Positions 26,290 through 32,000 of a stretch of DNA of 32,000 bases are shown here, piece after piece (the first letter of the stretch is position 1; each line of letters opens with the position of its first letter). The position numbers were made by a program, and so were the translations under genes. The notes under the pieces were generated by a model. It did no database searches. It was not told where the DNA came from and saw nothing but the letters and a program-made list of their open reading frames with translations. Location: the NCBI GenBank assembly GCA_046881885.1, contig JBKSMP010000018.1, forward strand, positions 8,861-40,860, read 5' to 3'. The DNA is from Opitutales bacterium. Its GTDB lineage: Bacteria; Verrucomicrobiota; Verrucomicrobiia; Opitutales; UBA9783.

Positions 26290-27128
26290 ACGAAAACGTT
26301 TTTCTCAATAAAGTTCCACAAAGCGTCTTGCTTACAGGGACTGATTTGGCATCACTTCTTCAATTTTTTAAAGATTGGGCCGCACGATTGCTACAAACAT
26401 CATCGGACGTTCTTGAGCAGCACCCCGACTTTCACTGTATTCGTCCCACTAATAAAATGAGACAAATACAAGTGGATGCTTTACGTGCGCTTAATCGCGA
26501 AGTTTACATGAGTGCACAGCAAGGAGGCCATAAAGTATTTGGACTTGTAGAGGCCGATCGACTGCATACTTCTGCCGCAAATGCAATGCTCAAAACGCTT
26601 GAAGAACCGAGTCCGAATACTTCTATTTTTTTGATTACCACAAAGCCTTATTATGTACTTCCTACCCTTCGAAGTCGTTGTTGGTGGATTCGCGTAAAAG
26701 CATCTGCCATGAATTCCCAAGAAGAGGCCTTAGAACCCTGGTTGGAAGCTTTTAAGGAGAAAGTTGTTTTGTACTTAAAAACAGGAAAAGCCTTAAATCC
26801 CTTACAGATTTACGGACTTTTATATCGCTTTCAAGCTTATCTAACGCAACAACAAGCTCATTTAAAAACAAATTCTGAAGACTTAAGTGAAGAAGAATTG
26901 GAAGCCCAGAAAGCAGGTTACGAAAAGCAACTCATACAAGAAGCTTTTCAGCAGATAGAAATCGCTTTAAGCACCCTATTTCATTCTGGGAAATTTAATC
27001 CCAATCCAAGTTTATTTTATCAATGGATTCAAGTTTTAGAAACCTGTTATAAACGTACAGAAGTTAATTTTGGAGCCGTTCAAGCTTTGGAATTCTTTTT
27101 ACTTCAACTTTTAAAACATCATGAATAA
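26286..27128 (+). CDS. holB: DNA polymerase III subunit delta'
   Basis: ANAMLKTLEEPSPNTSIFLIT and LPTLRSRC (SRC motif), with a degenerate P-loop as expected for delta'. Overlaps tmk by 4 nt. Confidence 0.85.
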   Translation: MNENVFLNKVPQSVLLTGTDLASLLQFFKDWAARLLQTSSDVLEQHPDFHCIRPTNKMRQIQVDALRALNREVYMSAQQGGHKVFGLVEADRLHTSAANAMLKTLEEPSPNTSIFLITTKPYYVLPTLRSRCWWIRVKASAMNSQEEALEPWLEAFKEKVVLYLKTGKALNPLQIYGLLYRFQAYLTQQQAHLKTNSEDLSEEELEAQKAGYEKQLIQEAFQQIEIALSTLFHSGKFNPNPSLFYQWIQVLETCYKRTEVNFGAVQALEFFLLQLLKHHE

Positions 27129-28083
27129 TACCCTTTCTCAACTTAAACAATGGACGCATATTGTTGCCGATACAGGCAATTTAAATGAAATTATTCAATT
27201 TAAACCTGAAGAGGCAACCACCAATCCTACGCTTATTTTAAAAGCTTTTCAAGAAACTTGCGAACCGATTGAAGAGGCTTATGTGTTTGCAAAAGAACAA
27301 AGTGGCAAGTCCCCTACCCTACAAGCTGTATGGATGGCTTGTTCAGTTATTATGGGCGAAAAGATTTTGAAAGAAATTCCAGGACGCCTTTCTATCGAAG
27401 TCGACGCAAGACTTTCATTCGATACTGAAGCTACGGTCAACAACGCCCTCACTTTGATCCAAGCGTTTAAAACAAAAGCTATCGATCCTAAACGTTTATT
27501 GGTAAAAATCGCAGCAACTTGGGAAGGGATTCAAGCAGCTAAAATCCTGGAAACACAAGGTATCGCTTGTAACGTAACTCTTATTTTCAACCCTGTACAA
27601 GCCTTGGCCTGTGCCCAAGCAGGCGTAACACTAATTTCACCCTTTGTCGGCCGTATCTATGATTGGTATAAGGCAAAGGATTTACTCGCTACTTTACCCG
27701 AAGACCCCGGTGTAAGTTCCGTAAAAACGATTTTTAAAACCTTGAAATCTCAAGGATATCCGACAGAAATCATGGGAGCCAGCTTCCGAACCTTAGAACA
27801 AGTAATCGCCTTGGCAGGTTGTGATCGTTTGACCATTTCTCCTAAATTACTTGAGGCATTAAGCAAATCAGAAGAATCCATTACCCGGAAACTTTCATCA
27901 ACAGAAACGATTCCTCCTGCTCCAGCTATTACTGAAAAAGACTTTCGTTGGCACTTAAATGCAGATCCTATGGCTACCGAAAAATTAGCTGAAGGTATCC
28001 GCCTATTTGCTAACGATAGTGAGACCTTGGAGCACCTGATTGCCGATTATTTAACCCAAAAATCGCTTCCATTTGAAGCTTAA
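27121..28083 (+). CDS. tal: transaldolase
   Basis: VADTGN, ATTNPTLILKA, LVKIAATWEGIQAAKILE (Schiff-base Lys), ISPFVGRIYDW. 320 aa. Overlaps holB by 8 nt. Confidence 0.93.
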   Translation: MNNTLSQLKQWTHIVADTGNLNEIIQFKPEEATTNPTLILKAFQETCEPIEEAYVFAKEQSGKSPTLQAVWMACSVIMGEKILKEIPGRLSIEVDARLSFDTEATVNNALTLIQAFKTKAIDPKRLLVKIAATWEGIQAAKILETQGIACNVTLIFNPVQALACAQAGVTLISPFVGRIYDWYKAKDLLATLPEDPGVSSVKTIFKTLKSQGYPTEIMGASFRTLEQVIALAGCDRLTISPKLLEALSKSEESITRKLSSTETIPPAPAITEKDFRWHLNADPMATEKLAEGIRLFANDSETLEHLIADYLTQKSLPFEA

Positions 28084-28243
28084 ACAGGGAAAGTGTTTTA
28101 TAAAAAGAAAGTACAAGCAGGAAATACAAAGTACAAACATTTTTTCGCAACCTTTTACCTCTCGGGTTGCACTTCAAGTTTGAATCAGCAATGACATCTA
28201 ATAAAAACTTGCAGTTTTAAGAATAGTGTTTATTTTTTTATAT

Positions 28244-29008
28244 ATGCAGCAGACTATAGGAGAACGTTTACAGCAAGCACGGCAGCGGATAGGTTTATCA
28301 TTGGATGAAGTTTCGGATAAATTGAAAATTCGTAAAGATTGGATTATAAAATTTGAGGCCAATGAATTTGATAGTAAGCTTCCGGCTGTATACGCAAAAG
28401 GTTTTTTACGTTCTTATGTGCGATTTTTAAAATTAAATGAGAATGCTATTTTGTCGGAATATGAGGCTATTCACAATGACGAACAAGCGTCTAATCGGAT
28501 TTCTTTAGGACATTTGAGAATTGAAAGTTTAGAAGAAAAAACAGATGCTACGGGTCCTCAAATTTCAAATTTAGACCTCCAAGAAAGTTCTGCAAAATAT
28601 GTTAAGCCGATTTTCCAATTTGTTTATTTTAAAAAACTGATTTGGATTGTTGCTATAAGCATTTTTTTAGGAATTGTTTGCTTAATGCTTAATCATTTTA
28701 AGAAAGAAGAAAAATCTGTAACAACTTCTTGGGAAAATGAAACTTTATATGTTTCTGCTACCAAAGAGCCTAAATACGAAGAAATCACTTTGGTGGCATT
28801 GGATACAGTCCAAGTTTTTGTGCGACAAGAAAAAGATAAAAAACGTTTATTTGCAGGAACACTTAATAAAGATGAACGGCGTCCTATTTCCAAGGAAGAT
28901 GTTTTACAAATTTCTTATTCGGAAGGCAATAATTTGTTAATTGAACGTTCCGATGGAAGCACTATTCGTCCGCAAAAACCTGGACGTGGCTGGACAAAGG
29001 TTCAATGA
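28244..29008 (+). CDS. rodZ: cytoskeleton protein RodZ-like (HTH, one TM helix, DUF4115-like C-terminus)
   Basis: IGERLQQARQRIGLSLDEVSDKLKIRKDWI, AVYAKGFLRSY, TM helix LIWIVAISIFLGIVCLML, C-terminal beta-rich domain. ATG at 28244; the track start at 28226 is GTG. Confidence 0.75.
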   Translation: MQQTIGERLQQARQRIGLSLDEVSDKLKIRKDWIIKFEANEFDSKLPAVYAKGFLRSYVRFLKLNENAILSEYEAIHNDEQASNRISLGHLRIESLEEKTDATGPQISNLDLQESSAKYVKPIFQFVYFKKLIWIVAISIFLGIVCLMLNHFKKEEKSVTTSWENETLYVSATKEPKYEEITLVALDTVQVFVRQEKDKKRLFAGTLNKDERRPISKEDVLQISYSEGNNLLIERSDGSTIRPQKPGRGWTKVQ

Positions 29009-29009
29009 T

Positions 29010-29444
29010 ATGAAAATAGCTACAACAGAGGTTGAATTAAAACAAGTCGTTGCTACCCCTTCGGGAACAGGTCTTTTTTTGGGAAACGATCAGAAGACCT
29101 TTATTATGTATGTCGATCTCCTCATGGGGGAACAAATTCAATTTGTTTTCTCTAAACAGGCTCCTAAGCGTCCTTTGACGTTTGATTTCGTAAAATATAT
29201 TCTTTTTGGTTTCGATATTTCTGTTCAAAGTATTGTTATTTATGACATGAAGGATAACGTGTTTTTTGCACGTGTTGTTTGCCTGCAAAAAGGGTCTCCA
29301 GATCGTTTGGTCGAAATGGATGTGCGTCCTAGTGATGCTATTTTATTGTCATTGACGATGCAAAAACCGATTAAAGTGGATCCTGAGTTGTGGTCTCGAT
29401 TGACAGATGTTTCGGATGTATTAAAAAGCTTTAAAACGGCTTAG
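29010..29444 (+). CDS. bifunctional nuclease family protein (BFN/DUF151)
   Basis: MKIATTEVELKQVV...LFLGNDQKTFIMYVD...RPLTFDF...DVRPSDAILLSL matches the DUF151 pattern. The ATG at 29010 lies 1 nt after the rodZ stop. The longer track ORF would overlap rodZ by 68 nt. Confidence 0.8.
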   Translation: MKIATTEVELKQVVATPSGTGLFLGNDQKTFIMYVDLLMGEQIQFVFSKQAPKRPLTFDFVKYILFGFDISVQSIVIYDMKDNVFFARVVCLQKGSPDRLVEMDVRPSDAILLSLTMQKPIKVDPELWSRLTDVSDVLKSFKTA

Positions 29445-29449
29445 TGATT

Positions 29450-30466
29450 ATGATTTTCCCTAAAAAAGGAACTGCATTGGCCCCTATGCGTGCCTTAACA
29501 CAAGCTCCTTTTTGGCGCTTACTCAATCGTTATGGAGCTCCAGATGCTTATTTCAGTGAATTTGTTCGGGTTCATGAGCATTATGTTATTGAAAGTGCGT
29601 GGATAGAAGAAGCGCTTGCAGCTGTGGAAGGTCGACCCTTGTGGGTCCAGCTTATGGGAAACGATTTAAAGGCCTTAGAGGCAAGTATACGTATTTTAGA
29701 ACAGTATCCAATTGCAGGAATTGACTTTAATGTAGGCTGTCCCGTTCCTAAAATTTTTAAAAAGCAAGCTGGAGGTGGTTTGTTGCGAGACTTACCTCTT
29801 TTGAGATCTTTACTTTTAGGGTTACGACAAACTTGCACAAAGCCACTTAGTGTAAAATTTCGTATCGGTTTTGATTCCGATAAAGATTTTGAAACGATTC
29901 TAAGTATTTTAACCGAAGCTCAAGTCGATCTAGCAACTTTACATGCGAGAACAGTTTCTGAGCTTTATAAAGGTCAAGCACGTCATAATTTCACTCAACA
30001 AGCGGTTCGACATTGTCCTTTCCCTATTTTAGCCAATGGCGATATACATTCAATTTCGGTCATGGAAAATGTGCTTGATTCAACACATTGCCACGGACTT
30101 ATGATAGGGCGTGGAGCTTTGATTAATCCATGGATTTTTAAGCAATGGCAGCAATTTCAAAATGATTTGCCGATACTATATCCGCTTTTTTCAGAAGTTT
30201 TTAGCTATCTAGAAACCCTTTATTGTACATTCGAACTAAACGCAAAAAAAGAATTAACTGCGCTTGGAGTACTTAAGCGTTTTGCTAATTATATTGGCTT
30301 GGCAATTGATTCTCAAGGAACTTTTTTACAAACTATGCGTCGTTCTCGTACCTTAAAAGAGTTTTGGCAATGTTGTGCCACTTACTTATTATGCGAACCT
30401 CAAAAATTGTTTACGGGTATACCTTTCCCTAATTTGTATGCCCAACCCAACAAGGAAGGTTTGTAA
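29450..30466 (+). CDS. tRNA-dihydrouridine synthase (Dus family)
   Basis: LAPMRALTQAPFWRL, IDFNVGCPVPKI (catalytic Cys), HARTVSE, ANGDI, MIGRGAL. ATG at 29450; an alternative GTG at 29444 shares one nucleotide with the upstream stop. Confidence 0.88.
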   Translation: MIFPKKGTALAPMRALTQAPFWRLLNRYGAPDAYFSEFVRVHEHYVIESAWIEEALAAVEGRPLWVQLMGNDLKALEASIRILEQYPIAGIDFNVGCPVPKIFKKQAGGGLLRDLPLLRSLLLGLRQTCTKPLSVKFRIGFDSDKDFETILSILTEAQVDLATLHARTVSELYKGQARHNFTQQAVRHCPFPILANGDIHSISVMENVLDSTHCHGLMIGRGALINPWIFKQWQQFQNDLPILYPLFSEVFSYLETLYCTFELNAKKELTALGVLKRFANYIGLAIDSQGTFLQTMRRSRTLKEFWQCCATYLLCEPQKLFTGIPFPNLYAQPNKEGL

Positions 30467-30528
30467 GTTTGTGAAAAAACCACACATAAGACTTGACTTT
30501 TTTGAAACTACAAATATCACATTCTGTT

Positions 30529-31275
30529 ATGAATATAAAAAATATTGCACTTGTTAGTTTAATGTCCACTGCTTTCATTTCAAATGCTTTAGCCTGGAGA
30601 GGATATGATCTTTGGAGTGGAGATTACGGTGAAAATGACTTTAGATGTCAGTCGGCTACTTCTCCGTTTCCTATTGTTTTTCATTATAACGCAGGTGGTC
30701 AAAAATCTACATGGTCAGAAGCACATATTTCAGAAAAAGAAATGTCGATAGCGGACGTTCCCGAAACCATAAAACAAGTGCTTGCTGGAATTGATGATGT
30801 GGAAGTTTACAAGGCTTTTTGTAAATTAGAACAAGCAGAATGTAATTATTTTACGCATACATGGTCCATGGATCATATGGTTAAAAATAGATTTACTTAC
30901 ATTTCAAGCGGTGTTTATAATGCTAAAAATTTAGAAGCTATAGCTGGTCAAATTGGTATAAATAGCTTAGTTGAACAAGGAATGAGTTTTCATGATACAG
31001 TTTATTTAAGTGGGAATAGTGCTCGTTTTAAAATTGTCGACATGAATCAAATTGCAGAAGGTTGGTTTGTGTCTTATTATGATCCAGCAAGAAACGCCAA
31101 TTGTGGAAATGTAGCAATCAATCAAAAGAAAAAAGCTATCATTGTTCATTGGACATTTATTCCTAAAAATTTGTTTAATGTAGAAAAGTTACCAAGCTTG
31201 AAAAATGTTATTGAAAATTGGGACAAAGAAGACATAAAACTTGATTTGAAGCCACAATTTACACCTGTTAAGTAA
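30529..31275 (+). CDS. hypothetical secreted protein
   Basis: MNIKNIALVSLMSTAFISNALA/WRG is a Sec-type signal peptide. 248 aa. No family recognised. Followed by a clear terminator. Confidence 0.6.
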   Translation: MNIKNIALVSLMSTAFISNALAWRGYDLWSGDYGENDFRCQSATSPFPIVFHYNAGGQKSTWSEAHISEKEMSIADVPETIKQVLAGIDDVEVYKAFCKLEQAECNYFTHTWSMDHMVKNRFTYISSGVYNAKNLEAIAGQIGINSLVEQGMSFHDTVYLSGNSARFKIVDMNQIAEGWFVSYYDPARNANCGNVAINQKKKAIIVHWTFIPKNLFNVEKLPSLKNVIENWDKEDIKLDLKPQFTPVK

Positions 31276-31295
31276 AAAATATAATTTGGGTTGGC

Positions 31296-31327
31296 AAAAG
31301 AGGACAAAAGTCCTCTTTTTTGTTTTT
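31296..31327 (+). terminator. rho-independent terminator
   Basis: AAAAGAGGAC-aaaa-GTCCTCTTTT followed by TTGTTTTT, 20 nt after the stop codon. Confidence 0.78.
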
Positions 31328-31361
31328 ATCGAAATTTAAGGGCTTTCAAAAATTTAACCTA

Positions 31362-31430
31362 GAAAAAATTTCCTATGTGAAAAATTTTCCTACTTATACG
31401 ACCGGTAAGGTAGGAAATTTTTTCCACATA
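31362..31430. repeat. three copies of a 14-bp motif GAAAAAWTTTCCTA (two direct, one inverted) forming a ~20-bp imperfect inverted repeat
   Basis: GAAAAAATTTCCTA at 31362-31375, GAAAAATTTTCCTA at 31379-31392, inverted TAGGAAATTTTTTC at 31411-31424. The arms TATGTGAAAAATTTTCCTAC and GTAGGAAATTTTTTCCACATA flank a 16-nt spacer that contains ACCGGT. Confidence 0.75.
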
Positions 31431-31504
31431 CTGCTAAATTTTTGTACCAAGATTTTTTGTTTTTTGAAAAAAAGAAAATTTTTTAGAAAAAATAATAAAG
31501 AATA

Positions 31505-32000
31505 GACGTCCTGCAAAAGTCTGAGGATAAGAGATAGCTAACAGAATTTGATGGTTGTGCTTGTGTTATCTAGCTCTGGAGAGGTTATAAATCCCAGCGA
31601 TGGATTGGAAAATTTGGGGATAGGAATCGAGGTGGCCGCGGTAACGCGCGGCCAGGATGTTCCACTTTTTGAGGTGTGCGAAGGTGTGTTCAATAGCGAT
31701 CCGGCAGCGCGCAAGTTTGGTATTGCGAGCTTGCTCGGAAGCAGATAGAGAGCCATTTTTCGGTTTTTTCTTCGGTAAAATTACCGCAGCTGAATGCTCA
31801 TTTTGAAGGCCCTGATAGCCGGAATCCGCCAAAATTGGAACGGCCGGAAGCGGGCCTTCGGTTTTACGAATTTCGAAGTCGTGGACACTGCCTTCATAGG
31901 GTTTCGATACGCGTAAAATCCGGCCTTTAGGGTCAATCACAATTTCCGTTTTAATCGTACACGCATGGGCCTTGCCAGAGTAATAATCGCGCTGATTTTT
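31505..32000 (-). mobile_element. insertion sequence (IS5-like), one end only; left boundary approximate
   Basis: Composition changes abruptly near 31505 from an A/T-run spacer to G+C-rich sequence. The 60-nt line 31621-31680 has 36 G+C by my count. The terminal inverted repeat cannot be defined without the other end. Confidence 0.6.
31566..32000 (-). CDS. IS5-like DDE transposase (Harbinger/DDE_Tnp_4-like), C-terminal part; the N-terminus lies beyond the right edge
   Basis: The frame stays open to position 32000: KNQRDYYSGKAHACTIKTEIVIDPKGRILRVSKPYEGSVHDFEI...ILADSGYQGL...RCRIAIEHTFAHLKKWNILAARYR. The YSGK..H..K, GSxHD, DxGYxG and RxxIE..F..LK blocks are typical of this transposase group. 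The track start at 31940 is an internal GTG. Confidence 0.85.
   Translation of the reverse strand, partial: KNQRDYYSGKAHACTIKTEIVIDPKGRILRVSKPYEGSVHDFEIRKTEGPLPAVPILADSGYQGLQNEHSAAVILPKKKPKNGSLSASEQARNTKLARCRIAIEHTFAHLKKWNILAARYRGHLDSYPQIFQSIAGIYNLSRAR

Noticed and set aside
28084-28243. Possible ncRNA or terminator between tal and rodZ (hairpin GCAACC-12 nt-GGTTGC, repeat AAGTACAA x2)
   Set aside because: The hairpin is short, has a large loop and no U-tail on either strand, and the repeats are short. I recognise no known RNA family signature.
31320-31505. 61-aa plus-strand ORF after the terminator
   Set aside because: It starts inside the terminator T-run, is very Lys/Phe/Asn-rich, and spans the triplicated repeat. 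This is an AT-rich chance ORF.
31548-31748. 66-aa plus-strand and 72-aa minus-strand ORFs inside the IS
   Set aside because: They overlap the transposase frame, which has clear family motifs. G+C-rich DNA readily produces such shadow ORFs.

Overview
AT-rich (about 38-40% G+C by eye), densely coding bacterial chromosome, mostly housekeeping genes; I cannot assign a taxon. It has Gram-negative-type features: a lipobox lipoprotein, an O-antigen-ligase-like protein, RseP and RodZ. The window probably spans the replication origin. Every gene from 879 to 20482 except rseP is on the minus strand, ending at dnaA, and every gene from 20800 to 31275 is on the plus strand. Left arm: a partial unknown ORF, tRNA-Phe, a floA operon with an atypical M50 homologue, rseP, a Xer recombinase, an SDF-family symporter, an O-antigen-ligase-like protein, lysS, priA, a lipoprotein, a stable-RNA cluster (tRNA-Arg, RNase P RNA, tRNA-Asp), the [FeFe]-hydrogenase maturase operon hydG-hydF-hydE with no hydA in view, and a tightly coupled dnaA-orf155-thyA-folA unit. 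Right arm: mpg, a lambda-CI-like HTH/S24-like regulator coupled to rsmG, hisS, a PfkB-like kinase-tmk-holB-tal operon, rodZ, a BFN nuclease, dus, an orphan secreted protein, then a repeat-rich spacer and a G+C-richer IS5-like transposase running off the right edge. I found no CRISPR array, defence island or prophage. The points most worth follow-up are the floA/M50(HHxxH) module, the unknown ORF coupled to dnaA, the CI-like regulator next to the putative origin, the orphan hydGFE set, a tRNA whose CCA end lies 5 nt from a start codon, leaderless-type promoters, and a candidate sRNA. All family calls rest on motif recognition by eye; no searches were run.
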